64,000 nt of DNA from an uncultured delta proteobacterium (GTDB lineage: Bacteria; Desulfobacterota; Binatia; UBA9968), in assembly GCA_963737905.1 (NCBI GenBank), contig CAVTUQ010000019.1, positions 183,584 through 247,583 of the forward strand. The letters run 5' to 3'. Position numbers and translations under genes: made by a program. Positions 19,922 through 31,040 of the stretch are shown here, in pieces. Under the pieces are notes generated by a model, which saw only the letters and a program-made list of their open reading frames with translations, searched no databases and was not told where the DNA came from. The stretch's first letter is position 1. Every line of letters starts with the position of its first letter.

Positions 19922-20785
19922 ATGCTCGCCGTCGCGTTCGGCATCTTAGCTTCGCTTTGTTTCGCAGCTGCGAGTCTGCTCGCTCAGCGCGGCCTGTCCA
20001 TCGTGGCCACTCCGTGGGGCGCTTGGGTTACACTTGTTGCCAACACTATTTTTTTGTTGGCGTTTCATTTTGTCCTCTATCCAAAGGCACCGATTTTCGT
20101 ATTTGAGAATCTCACGTTTGTGGCGGTGGGACTTTTCGTTCCTGGAATGACTCGTGTCTTGACGTTCCGCGGAATTCGAACCATGGGCAGCGCGGTTACG
20201 TCGACCGTGGTCAACACGACTCCGATGTTTTCGACGGCGCTGGCGATGCTCGTACTGGAGGAGCGTCCCGGCCCTTGGGTGCTTGCCGGAGTGGCTTTCA
20301 TCGTCGGCGGGTTGGTTGTCCTCTCCTGGGAGGGATCCTCGCGATCGTGGAGAAGGACGGAGCTGATTTTTCCCTTTCTTGCCGCCTTACTGTTCTCCAT
20401 GAAGGATGTCACGGTGCGGTGGGGGCTAGGAGGAAGTGATTCGCCGGTCTTGGCCGCCGCCATTGCCGCGGTTACGTCAACCGTCGAGATCTTCTTGATC
20501 AACCACTACATCTACAAAGAAGAATTTACTCTCCCGCCGCAGCATGTGCTCCATTGGTTTGTGAGTTCCGGCTTGTTCACGGGAGGTTCGTTCCTCTTCA
20601 TGTTTCTCGCTTTCAGTATGGAGCGCGTCTCGATTATCGCTCCACTGATCAACAGCTATGCGGTATTCGTCCTGGTTTTGGCGCCGCTCATAGCAAAGCA
20701 GATCGAAAGAGTGACATTGCCCAAAGCGGCAGGAGCGGTGCTCGTCGTTGCGGGAATTTTCTTGATTTCAGTGGGAAGAAATTAG
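19922..20785 (+). CDS. DMT/EamA-family transporter
   Basis: Two repeats of five transmembrane helices, each ending in L.ER-type motifs. Confidence 0.85.
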   Translation: MLAVAFGILASLCFAAASLLAQRGLSIVATPWGAWVTLVANTIFLLAFHFVLYPKAPIFVFENLTFVAVGLFVPGMTRVLTFRGIRTMGSAVTSTVVNTTPMFSTALAMLVLEERPGPWVLAGVAFIVGGLVVLSWEGSSRSWRRTELIFPFLAALLFSMKDVTVRWGLGGSDSPVLAAAIAAVTSTVEIFLINHYIYKEEFTLPPQHVLHWFVSSGLFTGGSFLFMFLAFSMERVSIIAPLINSYAVFVLVLAPLIAKQIERVTLPKAAGAVLVVAGIFLISVGRN

Positions 20786-20825
20786 CACGCAGCTTCGGGT
20801 GTGGTGTGCCTGAAAAATACTGATT

Positions 20826-20999
20826 GCAGGCTGCTCAAAAAGATCTCAGAGGCGAGGCGCGCGTATTTCGCATATGGCTGATAGCCTATGGCATATAGCT
20901 GGAACATACGAACCATACGCTATAGGCCATACGCCATAAGCGAAGTGAAGCGAGGCGATCGAGCGCAACGAAGCATATGAGTCTTTTTCAGCAGCCTGC
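20826..20999. mobile_element. MITE-like element with terminal inverted repeats and an internal TATGGC array
   Basis: Ends GCAGGCTGCTCAAAAAGA / TCTTTTTCAGCAGCCTGC; no ORF; partial copies at 21954-22040 and 38110-38226. Confidence 0.6.
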
Positions 21000-21475
21000 T
21001 AGTCTTTCTTGATGATTTGTTGCGCCAGGTAGTTTTGATATCCGACTTCATTGATCTGATGAAGCTGCGCTTCGATCCAATCGATGTGTTTCTCCTCATC
21101 CACTACAATGTGTTCCAAGAGTTCTCTTGATGAATCGTCGCCGGTTTCAACGCAAGTTTTTATCCCCGGATGAAGAACCGTGAGCGCCGCGCTCTCCAGG
21201 GAAAGGTCGTTTTCTAGCTGTTGCTTCGCGTTCGAACCGACTAAAATCTTGTCATAGGCCGAGATATTGGGGACTCCCTCGAGGAAGAGGATCCGTTCGA
21301 TGATCTCGTCCGCATGTTTCATTTCACCTATGGATTCGTCCCAGAGGGCTTTGTAAAGTCTATCGTAGCCCCAATTTTTGCACATTTTGGCATGGATAAA
21401 GTACTGGTTGATGCCGGTCAACTCCTTGCGCAACACTTGGTTCAAGACGGCGATCACCTGTTCGTTCCCCTTCAT
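20999..21475 (-). CDS. bfr: Bacterioferritin
   Basis: MKG...VI..LN..L..ELT.INQYF.H, ESI.EMKHAD.IIERILFLEG.P, DEE.HIDW.E. Confidence 0.95.
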   Translation of the reverse strand: MKGNEQVIAVLNQVLRKELTGINQYFIHAKMCKNWGYDRLYKALWDESIGEMKHADEIIERILFLEGVPNISAYDKILVGSNAKQQLENDLSLESAALTVLHPGIKTCVETGDDSSRELLEHIVVDEEKHIDWIEAQLHQINEVGYQNYLAQQIIKKD

Positions 21476-21530
21476 AATAAGTTCCCTTTCTTTCTGTCAA
21501 ATCCACAGAGTCGTAGGCGGCGATCAAGGA

Positions 21531-21800
21531 TCAGCGCTGGGTCCCACCGGCGATGATCGACATGCTCGTGCCGCTGTCGGTTTTTCCTACAATGACGATC
21601 ACTGTCGTACTCTCATTTACGTAACTTAGCATACCTCCCTTAGACAGCAATCCTAGACTGGGCTTCCATCCATGCGACGGCATTTCTTTCTTGTAGAACT
21701 CGATGACCTTCTCCGGATCTACTTTGCCTTCATACGTGGCTTGAGCGCCGCCGAAGCCCGGCAAGGACAACTCCACGCCCTTGCCTTCGGATTTCGTCAT
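21531..21800 (-). CDS. Small hypothetical protein
   Basis: AAGGTGG RBS; V.EFYK.EM...GW motif; possibly N-terminally truncated. Confidence 0.55.
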   Translation of the reverse strand: MTKSEGKGVELSLPGFGGAQATYEGKVDPEKVIEFYKKEMPSHGWKPSLGLLSKGGMLSYVNESTTVIVIVGKTDSGTSMSIIAGGTQR

Positions 21801-22092
21801 TCCACCTTCTCATTTCGGGTTCTTATTATATGTCTTTTTATTGGTTCGTACATCAGCGTTCTGGTCCGTTCAGTCCAAATTCAGTGAATATGGAGCGGAG
21901 ATTGAAGCTTACCCAAAAACTTCCCTTGAGCCCGGTTCAAAGGTCGCAGTACAGGGCGCGCGTATTGCGCATATGGCTGATAGCTTATGGCATATAGTAG
22001 AAGATACGAACCATACGCTATGAGCCATAGGCTATAAACCAGCTTGCTTCGCTCCATTACTCCATCACTCCACTACTCCAGTCCCCTATAAA

Positions 22093-23313
22093 CTAGGAGA
22101 TGGAATCGGGTCGACTGGGCAGGCCGAGGAAATACCAGATCACCAAGAACACGACACCGACGAACTCCGGAAGAGACGGGGAGATATGAAGGAGCCCGCC
22201 TCCTAACATGCCGCCGAGCGAAGATCCGATAAACCCAAAAAAGGTGTAGACACCGGTGGCGGTACCGCGACCGCCGGGTGGTATTCGCTGTGTCAGAAAC
22301 GCCGGCAAAATGGGTTGGTAAAGGCTATAGCCAAAGAAGAAGGCGGCGCCGCTCACATAGAGTAAGAAGTCATGCTGGGCGCCGACCAGATAGAGCGCAT
22401 AACCAAAAGTCGCGGTCAACCAGCCGATAAAAATCGGCAGGCGGAAACGTCCTCGTTTCTCCGCGCGGCGCATGTAAGGAAAAACCAGGAGGACGCTGGG
22501 GAGAAAAATGATCAGATAAACTTTCCAAAGCTCGGCTTTTTCGAGACCGAGATCCGTCCAGCTGAGCGGATAAGTGAAGAAAAAGAGATTCAACGCGAAT
22601 GACAGAACAAACGTGGCGATGAATATAGGCCGTAAGTCGCCGTGTAAGAGAATTGGTTTAAAGGCCATCGGCGGCCGTTGTTCGAGCCGACGTTCTTGGG
22701 GAAACGAAGTGGCGGCGAAAATCATCGCTAAAAAACCAAGCGCGGCCAAAACATAAAAAAGCCCGCTCAAGCCGATGCTTGCCGCCAATAGCGGCCCCCC
22801 TAGGACGCCGATCATAAACGCCGATCCGATGGCGATTCCAGTGATCGTGAAGGCTTGCGCGCGAACCGTTGGCCGAGTGAGGTCGGCTAAAGCGGCTAAG
22901 GCGACGGAACCCACCGCACCGGTTCCTTGAATCATACGGGCGAGGATTAACTGAAAAATGTTCTGGGCAAGTCCGCAACCGACGCTGCCCAAGCCGAAGA
23001 GTGCCAGTCCGATAATTAATACCGGTTTGCGTCCCCAGCGATCACTGGCCCAGCCTAAAGGAATCTGGAAGATGCTCTGCGTAAGCGCATAAATTCCAAA
23101 GGCAATGCCTGTGAGGCCAAGGCTCGCTCCCGGGTAGCGAAGAGCATAGACGCTAAAAATGGGCAGCATAAAAAAAATGCCCAACAACCGAAGCGCCGAG
23201 ATGAGGCTGACGATTATGACAGGACCGATTTCAGCCCGAGTAAAAGAATAATGGCTGTCAACCAAAGGGAAGTGTGCTTTCCATCGATGTTTAGGTTGCC
23301 AAAAGGAATTCAT
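22093..23313 (-). CDS. MFS transporter (YajR-like)
   Basis: LRLLG.F..LP.F, GIYALTQ..FQIP.G..SDRWGRKP; start uncertain. Confidence 0.88.
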   Translation of the reverse strand: MNSFWQPKHRWKAHFPLVDSHYSFTRAEIGPVIIVSLISALRLLGIFFMLPIFSVYALRYPGASLGLTGIAFGIYALTQSIFQIPLGWASDRWGRKPVLIIGLALFGLGSVGCGLAQNIFQLILARMIQGTGAVGSVALAALADLTRPTVRAQAFTITGIAIGSAFMIGVLGGPLLAASIGLSGLFYVLAALGFLAMIFAATSFPQERRLEQRPPMAFKPILLHGDLRPIFIATFVLSFALNLFFFTYPLSWTDLGLEKAELWKVYLIIFLPSVLLVFPYMRRAEKRGRFRLPIFIGWLTATFGYALYLVGAQHDFLLYVSGAAFFFGYSLYQPILPAFLTQRIPPGGRGTATGVYTFFGFIGSSLGGMLGGGLLHISPSLPEFVGVVFLVIWYFLGLPSRPDSIS

Positions 23314-23374
23314 GCTAATTTACACGCTTCACCCAAAATGGGAAGAGCCGCAGGATCTTCCAACCCAGATCCAT

Positions 23375-24307
23375 TTAGTTGCTTCTCGGCGAACGCCCTT
23401 CCATCGATTCCATGACGACTTTGAACGCCGCGCTGGCTTCTCCCATGTAAAGTGTTCTGTGTGGGAAGGGAATCTCGATTCGCTCTGCATCGAAGGCTTT
23501 TTTCAATCGGCGCCGGTATTCCCGACCGATGCTGAATTGTTGCAGGGGCAAGGTCTTTAACCTGGCCTTGATGTTTACCGCCGAATCGGCGAAGGCATCA
23601 ACGCCGAGGATCTCAATGGGGTTCAGCATCACTGCTTTATGATTGGGTTCCGCGTACATTTCTTCGGCCACCCGACGCATCACGTCGACAACACGATCGG
23701 TTTCTTCTTTATAGGCGACGCCTATGTTGAGAACATAGGCGGACCAGTCTTTGGTCATGTTCGATAACGTTGTGATGGCGCCATTGGGAAAGACGTGGAC
23801 GACTGCGGCTTCGTCACGCAAAACGATAGTGCGAAACGAGATGGCTTCCACCAACCCTCCGGTGCCATTGATAACGGCGACATCGCCGACACGGACTTGA
23901 TTTTCCAGGATTAAAAAAAAACCGCTAACGAGATCACGCACAAGATTCTGAGCTCCAAAGCCAACGGCCAGACCGACCACGCCGGCGCCGGCAAGAACAG
24001 GAGCGACGTTAACTCCGATCTGTCCAAGCGTGGTGAGAACAACGACAAACCAGATCAGCCCGACCACGATGGTCCATAGAACGCTCATCAGCGTGCGGAC
24101 TCTCTTTTGGGTCGCGTCCGGAACGATTTCCGTGGCCTCCCCGGCACGGACCAGGATTGTCTCCAGCCGGTTGAACCCAAGACGCAGAAACCTCACGCCT
24201 ACGTAGGCTGCGGCAATGATCAAAACAATGCGCAGCGATGTTTTGGTAAAGTCCAGTCCGACATCGATAAGTTTGGGCAAAAACCTCTCTATCGAGTTAC
24301 TCAACAT
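23375..24307 (-). CDS. MscS-family mechanosensitive channel (YbiO-like)
   Basis: AGAGVVGLAVGFGAQ.LVRD..SGFF..LENQ.RVGD, IEIPFP; AAGGAGG RBS. Confidence 0.92.
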   Translation of the reverse strand: MLSNSIERFLPKLIDVGLDFTKTSLRIVLIIAAAYVGVRFLRLGFNRLETILVRAGEATEIVPDATQKRVRTLMSVLWTIVVGLIWFVVVLTTLGQIGVNVAPVLAGAGVVGLAVGFGAQNLVRDLVSGFFLILENQVRVGDVAVINGTGGLVEAISFRTIVLRDEAAVVHVFPNGAITTLSNMTKDWSAYVLNIGVAYKEETDRVVDVMRRVAEEMYAEPNHKAVMLNPIEILGVDAFADSAVNIKARLKTLPLQQFSIGREYRRRLKKAFDAERIEIPFPHRTLYMGEASAAFKVVMESMEGRSPRSN

Positions 24308-24518
24308 AGCTGACTCCTCCTTTACTGGGCCTTGGAATATTGCCGATAACTGCATGTAAACGGCTACCTGCATGCAGGCCGATTCCGGATGGTTTCCTCA
24401 TACACGTCAAAACCTAAAGTGTGAAGCCATTGTAGATCTTTTCGTCGGTGAATTTTACCCTTGACAACGCCGTCGAACGCGCTAAGTTCCGGCCAGTCAT
24501 GGAACCGGAGGTCACCTC

Positions 24519-25526
24519 ATGAAGCATTACGGAAAAGCTCTTTCTATATTCTTTTTGGCGTCGACACTACTTGGGCTCAGCAAAGGCGAGGCGGCGACCT
24601 TGGAAAAAATCAGGTTTCCGTATTCGCCCATCGCATGGAATAGTTTGCCCTGGTGGATGGCCAAGGAGGCCGGGCTTTTTGAAAAATACGGTCTCGACGT
24701 TGAGCTGAGTTACGAAGGAGCGTCTTCAGTCATAGTTCAGGCGATGCTGGCCGGGGAAGCTAATTTCGCCGGCTTGGCGGGGCCCGCCGTGGTGTCAAAT
24801 GTTTTAAACGGCGGCGATGTTATTCAGGTGGCCGCCGTGGTGAAGACCTTTACGATTCCGATGTATTCCCAGGCTTCCATCAAGGAAATTGCCCAGTTAA
24901 AGGGACAGAAAGTCGGTGTGAGCCGATTTAACTCGATTTCCCATATTGCCGCGCTCAATATCTTTCAAAAGGCAGGCGTTACGGGCGCAACCATCATCCA
25001 GACAGGTGGTATTCCCGAGTCTGCCGCGGCGCTGATGTCGGGCAACGTTGCGGCTGCCATGGTCCCACCGCCGCAAAGCGTCATGCTGAGAGATAAGGGA
25101 TTTCGTGAACTGGTCAGCGTGAAGCAGTTTCGGGAATGGAATATTCCGGTCGTTGAGAACGGAGTCGCGGCATGCCGCTCCTACGCGGAGAAAAACCCGA
25201 ATGTGGTCAAGCGATTTATCCGAGCGGCGTTTGAAGGCATTCGGCAAATTTACGACAACAAAGAGTTGGCCAGGAAGACCCTGGCCAAGTACACCAAGCT
25301 TACGGATGACAAGCTGTTGGACGAGAGTTACCGATTTTCCGTGGAAGCCCTTTCAAAAGACGCGTCCATGCCTTCTGAGGCCTTTTCGGCCCTGGTGGAG
25401 CAGATGATAAGCCAGAAATCCATCGATGCCGCGGCCGCGAAAAAACTTCCAGTGTCGGCCTACTACGACAACCGTTACGTGGATGAACTCGAAAAGGAAG
25501 GGTTCTTTAAGAAGCTTTGGCAGTGA
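24519..25526 (+). CDS. NitT/TauT-family ABC transporter substrate-binding protein
   Basis: Signal peptide; A.EAG.F.KYGLDVEL, LKG.KVGV, C-terminal ELEKEGF. Confidence 0.88.
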   Translation: MKHYGKALSIFFLASTLLGLSKGEAATLEKIRFPYSPIAWNSLPWWMAKEAGLFEKYGLDVELSYEGASSVIVQAMLAGEANFAGLAGPAVVSNVLNGGDVIQVAAVVKTFTIPMYSQASIKEIAQLKGQKVGVSRFNSISHIAALNIFQKAGVTGATIIQTGGIPESAAALMSGNVAAAMVPPPQSVMLRDKGFRELVSVKQFREWNIPVVENGVAACRSYAEKNPNVVKRFIRAAFEGIRQIYDNKELARKTLAKYTKLTDDKLLDESYRFSVEALSKDASMPSEAFSALVEQMISQKSIDAAAAKKLPVSAYYDNRYVDELEKEGFFKKLWQ

Positions 25527-25597
25527 TTAATAAATGCCGGGTTTCGAGTTTCGAGTTCCGAATCACGGGTGGACACCCAATTCAATGCAGGCCGAAG

Positions 25598-26383
25598 TCA
25601 AGTCTCCGATGGCGATAGAACGGTGCGCAAATCTTTAAGCCAGGGGTCGGCGTCGATCAGGCGCAGGAAGTTCTGATGGATGGTTTGAGCCAGCAACTCA
25701 GGGGACAAATTTCGCACCCGGGCAGTCACGTCGATAACGTTCTGTACCTCCTTGGGCATGCCGGCGACGCCTTTTAGCCATTTAAGCCCGCCAGGGTTGT
25801 CGGTCTCCGTGAGCAGTAGGTGATTCGGAATCTCGCTGGCGATTGCTTGTATCGTGTCGGAATAGGACACTTCCACACCGACGGTGAAGTAGGCGCCGAA
25901 TTGAATCAGAGCGCGAAGGATATCCAACGGTCCTGAATACCAGTGAACAATCGCGCGCTGAATATCGTAGCGCTCCAGCAGGTTGAGGATTTGTTTCTCG
26001 GCGCCTTTCGTATGCAGATTGACCATCTTTTTCTGCTCGCGCGCCGACGCGAGAAAATACTCCAGCACTTTCAGTTGCGCCGGGTACTGGGAACTATCTT
26101 TTACCCAGTGAAAATCCAGGCCGATCTCGCCGATGGCGGGACTCTGGTCGATGAGCGAGCTCAACTCGCTCAGACGATCCGCGTATTCCGGCGCTCGTCT
26201 GGGGTGGATACCGAACGTTGCCAACACTAGGTCACACTCGTCGCCGATTTCGAGACTGCGCTGATACGACGGCACGTCCATCGCCACCGCGATGGTAAAA
26301 ACATCGTGGGTTCGAATCTCTTGTAACGCCTGTTTTAGGTCTGCCCCATATTTGTCAATATGCACGTGAGCGTCAATGAGCAT
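25598..26383 (-). CDS. TatD-family hydrolase
   Basis: IDAHVH, GIHP, AIGEIGLD, LH, HW, ETD.P. Confidence 0.92.
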   Translation of the reverse strand: MLIDAHVHIDKYGADLKQALQEIRTHDVFTIAVAMDVPSYQRSLEIGDECDLVLATFGIHPRRAPEYADRLSELSSLIDQSPAIGEIGLDFHWVKDSSQYPAQLKVLEYFLASAREQKKMVNLHTKGAEKQILNLLERYDIQRAIVHWYSGPLDILRALIQFGAYFTVGVEVSYSDTIQAIASEIPNHLLLTETDNPGGLKWLKGVAGMPKEVQNVIDVTARVRNLSPELLAQTIHQNFLRLIDADPWLKDLRTVLSPSET

Positions 26384-26607
26384 AATTAGCCCATACCAAC
26401 CGAGAGTTATGCATGTCAATGTGAGTGCCTAGATGGTGCATAGATCGGTACAAGCAAGGCGTATCACAGTCGTCGTGTTTTTCAGGAAGGACATCGTTGA
26501 CATATTCCTCTCAAGCTATAGCGTGTAGTTGGAGAGATCAGCTTGTTCCTTTTTGGTCAATGCACCGGTAGGGCAGGTTAAAGATAGTTTTTGTGCAGGA
26601 GGGTCTC

Positions 26608-27531
26608 ATGCGTTTCGGATTTGCACTTCCACAGGTAGGCTCGGCAGTCGGACCGGAAGGGTTGGTTACAGTGGCGAAACGAGCCGAAGATTTAGGTTTC
26701 CACAGCCTTTGGGTGCTTGACCGGATACTCTGGCCGGTCAATCCCCGGACGCCTTATCCCATCGGTGACGGCTCTCTGCCGGTCAAATACAAAAGCGTGC
26801 TGGACCCGTTGGAGACATTGACGTTTGCCGCCGCGCACACACGCCGTATCGCGCTGGGGACAAGCGTCCTCAACCTTCCTTGGTACACCCCCGTATTGCT
26901 TGCGCGACGGCTGACGACACTCGACATTCTGTCTGCCGGACGACTCAAAGTCGGGTTTGGTATCGGATGGTCGCCGGACGAATACGAGGCCGCCGGCGCG
27001 TCGTGGCAAGAGCGCGGCAAACGCGCCGACGAATTGATCCAAGCCCTAAAGAAAATCTGGACTACCGATCCGGTAGAATTTCAGGGGAAGTATTATCGCA
27101 TCCCCAAATCCGTCATCGGTCCAAAGCCCGTGCAGAAACCTCATCCGCCGGTTTACATGGCGGCCTATACGCCTTCAGCCATGAAGCGCGTTGCAACCGA
27201 GGCGAATGGCTGGTTTCCCGTTGGCATCCCGCTCAGCGGCGTTGGGCCGATGTTCGAGGAGATCAAGGGCATGGTGAAAGAAGCCGGCCGCGATCCCACC
27301 GCGCTAGAGCTCATCGTCCGTGCCAACGTCGAAATTCATAACACTCCCGTCCAGAAAGACCGCGTCGACTTTACCGGCACCCTCGAGCAGATTGCCGAAG
27401 ACGTGAAAACAACGCAAAAGCTGAGCGCAGCGGAAATCGTTCTAGACGCGCAGTTCTCTCATGGCGTCGAAACGGCCGGAGATCTCGTTGGACGAATGGA
27501 AGAGCTCTGGCGGGTAGTGAAGCAGTCCTGA
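26608..27531 (+). CDS. LLM-class (probably F420-dependent) oxidoreductase
   Basis: AEDLGF.SLWV.D, LDP...L.FAAA.T.RI.LGTSV, PKPVQKPHPP. Confidence 0.9.
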   Translation: MRFGFALPQVGSAVGPEGLVTVAKRAEDLGFHSLWVLDRILWPVNPRTPYPIGDGSLPVKYKSVLDPLETLTFAAAHTRRIALGTSVLNLPWYTPVLLARRLTTLDILSAGRLKVGFGIGWSPDEYEAAGASWQERGKRADELIQALKKIWTTDPVEFQGKYYRIPKSVIGPKPVQKPHPPVYMAAYTPSAMKRVATEANGWFPVGIPLSGVGPMFEEIKGMVKEAGRDPTALELIVRANVEIHNTPVQKDRVDFTGTLEQIAEDVKTTQKLSAAEIVLDAQFSHGVETAGDLVGRMEELWRVVKQS

Positions 27532-27603
27532 TAGTTTGGCGATGGGGATGAAAAAAACCAAACCTCCCACAGTTTGTGTTATCTTTTTGCGTGGTAGAAC
27601 CAC

Positions 27604-27663
27604 AGTTTTCGAAAACAGAAGTTTTCGAAAACTCTTGACGTCCTCGATGCAAGCCGCTAGCTT
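27604..27663 (+). promoter_or_regulatory. Sigma-70-like promoter preceded by two tandem palindromes
   Basis: AGTTTTCGAAAAC twice (27604 and 27620), then TTGACG (27635) - 17 bp - TAGCTT (27658), upstream of the ABC operon. Confidence 0.55.
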
Positions 27664-27705
27664 TGGGCCAAAATTTGAAGCGGTTCTGATTGCAGGGGGT
27701 GCGAC

Positions 27706-28671
27706 ATGGGTATCACGCGGCGCAATTTCGTCACTCAATTAATAACCGTCGGCCTTGCCGGCTTGCCAATCGTGCGCGGGTACAGTTGGGCTCAAGCGAA
27801 GGGCAAGCTCGGCTACATGAAAATCGTGGATAACGCAGCCATGTTCGTGGCGATGGAGAAAGGGTTTTTCAAGGCGGAAGGCTTAGAACTGGAAACCGTC
27901 CCGATGGCCGGCGGCGCATTGATCGCGCAAGGGGTGACATCCGGCGATCTGCAGATCGGTTGGGCCAACGTGATTTCGCTTTATCAGGCGCACGTCGAGG
28001 GATTCGATTTCAAACTAATCGCCGGCGGTGCGACGAACGTCAAAGGCAAGAACGAGAGCCACGCGATCCAAGTGTTAAAAACTTCCCCGATCAAGGGCGC
28101 GAAGGATCTTGAAGGGAAGACCGTCGCAGTCAACACGTTGAACAACATTGTTCACTTAATGGCGATGGCATGGATCGACAAGAATGGCGCAAGCTCCGGC
28201 AAAGTGAAATTCGTCGAGGTGCCGTTTCCTCAGATGGAGGCGGCGTTAGTCGGTGGAAAGATCGACGCCATCAGCGTCCATGAACCGTTTGCGACGGCGG
28301 CGCTGGCGAAGGGCCAGACGCGTGTGCTAGCACATCCATGGGGAGACGTGCTTCCGAAGTTTTTGATCGCCAGTTGGTTCGCTTCGGACAAGTGGATTCA
28401 GAAGAACAAACCGATGGCCGAGGCGTTCGTGCGGGCCATCAATCGGGGCGTTGACGCGATTCACGCGGATCCGGAAGGGAGTCGAGTTGCGATGATAAAG
28501 TGGGCCGGCTTAAATCCAGATTTGGCCGGAAAGATCGGGTTGCCGGTCTTTGAAAAGGGGATTTCGGACAAAGATCTCCAGGCGACTATCGACTTGACGC
28601 AAAAATACAAGCTCATCTCGCGGTCATTCAAAGCTCGGGATGTTATCAGCGACTTGGTGCCGAAGGGCTGA
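27706..28671 (+). CDS. NitT/TauT ABC transporter substrate-binding protein
   Basis: Tat leader TRRNF; KGFF..EGL, DL.GK.VAVN, VE.PFP.M. Confidence 0.9.
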   Translation: MGITRRNFVTQLITVGLAGLPIVRGYSWAQAKGKLGYMKIVDNAAMFVAMEKGFFKAEGLELETVPMAGGALIAQGVTSGDLQIGWANVISLYQAHVEGFDFKLIAGGATNVKGKNESHAIQVLKTSPIKGAKDLEGKTVAVNTLNNIVHLMAMAWIDKNGASSGKVKFVEVPFPQMEAALVGGKIDAISVHEPFATAALAKGQTRVLAHPWGDVLPKFLIASWFASDKWIQKNKPMAEAFVRAINRGVDAIHADPEGSRVAMIKWAGLNPDLAGKIGLPVFEKGISDKDLQATIDLTQKYKLISRSFKARDVISDLVPKG

Positions 28672-28720
28672 TGGAGGAATGGAGTGCCAAAATTCCGTCT
28701 AGCCTGTTGCTTAGCCATTC

Positions 28721-29494
28721 ATGCCCATTCTCGAAGTCCAAGGTCTTTCCAAGAGCTATCGCCAGATGGGCGGCGAAGCGACGGTGGCGATCGGTAATAT
28801 CTCTTGCCGGGTCGAGGCGGGGGAGTTTGTTTCTTTTGTCGGGCCCTCGGGTTGCGGCAAGACTACCTTGCTCATGTCCATCGCCGGACTCATCGCGCCC
28901 ACCGAGGGGAAAATTCTGGTGAAGGGGCGTGAGGTCAACGGCCCGCCCCCCAATCTCGTCCTGGTTTTCCAAGAATTCAACAAATCCCTCTTTGCCTGGC
29001 GCTCCGTGCTCGGCAATGTCCTTTTTGGTTTGGATGCCCGAGGAAAAATTCGCGAATCCGAAGGAAAAGCCAAATCCCTTATTGAGCTTGTCGGTCTCAA
29101 AGGATTTGAAAACCATTATCCGTGGGAACTCTCCGGCGGCATGCAGCAGCGCGTCGCGATTGCGCGGGCGCTGGCCTACGAACCGGAGGTCCTTTTGATG
29201 GATGAGCCGTTTGGCTCGTTGGATGCTTTAACCCGCCTGGAGCTCGAAGACACGCTACTAAGGCTCTGGGAAGAACTCGGAACGACCATTCTTTTCATCA
29301 CCCATGACATCGAGGAAGCCATCTATCTTTCGGATCGGATCTGGGTCTTAAGCCGCCGGCCTTCGCAAATCATTGAAGAGCTCAGGATCGAATTTCCCAG
29401 ACCGCGCGATCAAGTGACGACGCGCGCCGAAGGACGCTTCATGGAAATCAGAAACCAGATTTATAAACAGATTAGCAATGAGAGCGCGGCGTGA
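28721..29494 (+). CDS. NitT/TauT ABC transporter ATP-binding protein
   Basis: [28 protein letters not shown]. Confidence 0.95.
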   Translation: MPILEVQGLSKSYRQMGGEATVAIGNISCRVEAGEFVSFVGPSGCGKTTLLMSIAGLIAPTEGKILVKGREVNGPPPNLVLVFQEFNKSLFAWRSVLGNVLFGLDARGKIRESEGKAKSLIELVGLKGFENHYPWELSGGMQQRVAIARALAYEPEVLLMDEPFGSLDALTRLELEDTLLRLWEELGTTILFITHDIEEAIYLSDRIWVLSRRPSQIIEELRIEFPRPRDQVTTRAEGRFMEIRNQIYKQISNESAA

Positions 29495-30270
29495 ACCCGT
29501 CAGGCAAATTCAACAGGGCCGGCTGGCTGGTGTTCCTCCTGCTCCTGTTACTTTGGGAATGCGGCTCTCGCTCGAGCCCGAAGCTGCAACTCTATATACC
29601 TCCGGTTAGCCGGGTTGTCTTATCCCTCGGCCAATTGATTGTTTCCGGGCAAGTGACCGCGCATCTTTTAACGACTTTGCGCCGCTTCATGGAGGGCTAT
29701 CTTCTCGCGTCGACAATCGCCGTAACTCTTGGAGTTGTTCTTGGTTACTTTCGTCTTGTTCATAGCCTGCTGGAAACCTTGATTGAGTTCTTGCGGCCTA
29801 TGCCCTCCGTGGCGATTGTTCCCGTGGCGATCCTGCTGCTCGGCATCGGCGATTCGATGATCGTGGCGGTAACGGTCTACGCGAGCACCTGGCCCATTCT
29901 GATCAATACCATCGACGGCGTGAGGCATATCGAACGTACTCTGATCGATACCGCCCGGACCTTCGGCTTGGCCCGCCGGCGCATTCTTTGGCAGATCGTC
30001 TTGCCTGCCGCCTCGCCCTATATCGTCACGGGTCTGCGGGTGAGTTTGTCAATCGCTTTAATCCTTGTCACGACGGCGGAAATGATCGCGGGCAGCAAGG
30101 GTCTTGGTTTTTTCATTCTCGACCAAGAGCGCTCGTTACAGAGCAGCAACATGTACGCCGGGATCATTCTGGTGGCGGTGCTGGGCTACCTGCTCAATCG
30201 CCTGTTCGTGGTTTTAGAGGGAAAGGCGATGAAATGGCGTCGCGGCATGGTGGCGCGCGAAGCAATTTAA
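29491..30270 (+). CDS. NitT/TauT ABC transporter permease
   Basis: LRP.P..A, N...GV.......ARTFG......I.LPAA.P.I..GLR. Confidence 0.93.
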   Translation: MNPSGKFNRAGWLVFLLLLLLWECGSRSSPKLQLYIPPVSRVVLSLGQLIVSGQVTAHLLTTLRRFMEGYLLASTIAVTLGVVLGYFRLVHSLLETLIEFLRPMPSVAIVPVAILLLGIGDSMIVAVTVYASTWPILINTIDGVRHIERTLIDTARTFGLARRRILWQIVLPAASPYIVTGLRVSLSIALILVTTAEMIAGSKGLGFFILDQERSLQSSNMYAGIILVAVLGYLLNRLFVVLEGKAMKWRRGMVAREAI

Positions 30271-30272
30271 AT

Positions 30273-31040
30273 ATGCGTGAGTCCAAGCTGAACGGGGTTT
30301 TGTTTCTGCTTGCTTTGCTGCTGGTTTGGGAGCTGGCGGCGCAAGCGGAATGGGTCAACCCACTGATCATACCGGCCGTCAGCAAGATCCTGCGAACGTT
30401 TTTGGAGCTGGTTGGGTCGGGGCAGATACCTTTGCAGATTGTTGCGAGTCTGAAGAGAGCGGCCGTAGGTTACGCTTTGGCGGCGGCGGTATTCATCCCG
30501 CTGGGAATCTTCATGGGGCTGTTTGACACGATCCGTCGCGCGCTGGAAGTCACCGTCGAAATGCTGCGGCCGATTCCCCCGCCCGTGGTCATCCCCGCCG
30601 CGATGTTATTTTTCGGACTGGAAGACGAGATGAAGATCTTTGTCATTTTCTTTTCCTGTGCCTGGCCGATCCTGCTCAACACCCTCGATGGGGTTAGAAA
30701 CATCGACCGGGTTCTCTTGCATACGGCCAGGACGTTTGGCTTGCCTCAACGAAAGATCATCTGGCAGGTGATCTTGCCCGCCACCTCGCCGCAAATCATG
30801 ACCGGTTTAAGAGTCAGTCTGCCGATCATGCTCATTCTTGTAGTGATTTCAGAGATGGTGGGAAGCACCGACGGGATCGGCTACTTCATTTTGGATGCAC
30901 AGAGAAGATTTCGAGTTTCGCAGATGTATGCCGGGATGCTGGCTCTGGCGATTTTAGGCTACGTTTTAAACCAACTCTTCAACCTGGTGCACCGCTCGCT
31001 GCTCGCCTGGCATTGGGGGATGACGAAAAGGATGGAGTAG
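30273..31040 (+). CDS. NitT/TauT ABC transporter permease, second subunit
   Basis: Same permease motifs; real start MRESKL 2 nt after the previous stop. Confidence 0.92.
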   Translation: MRESKLNGVLFLLALLLVWELAAQAEWVNPLIIPAVSKILRTFLELVGSGQIPLQIVASLKRAAVGYALAAAVFIPLGIFMGLFDTIRRALEVTVEMLRPIPPPVVIPAAMLFFGLEDEMKIFVIFFSCAWPILLNTLDGVRNIDRVLLHTARTFGLPQRKIIWQVILPATSPQIMTGLRVSLPIMLILVVISEMVGSTDGIGYFILDAQRRFRVSQMYAGMLALAILGYVLNQLFNLVHRSLLAWHWGMTKRME

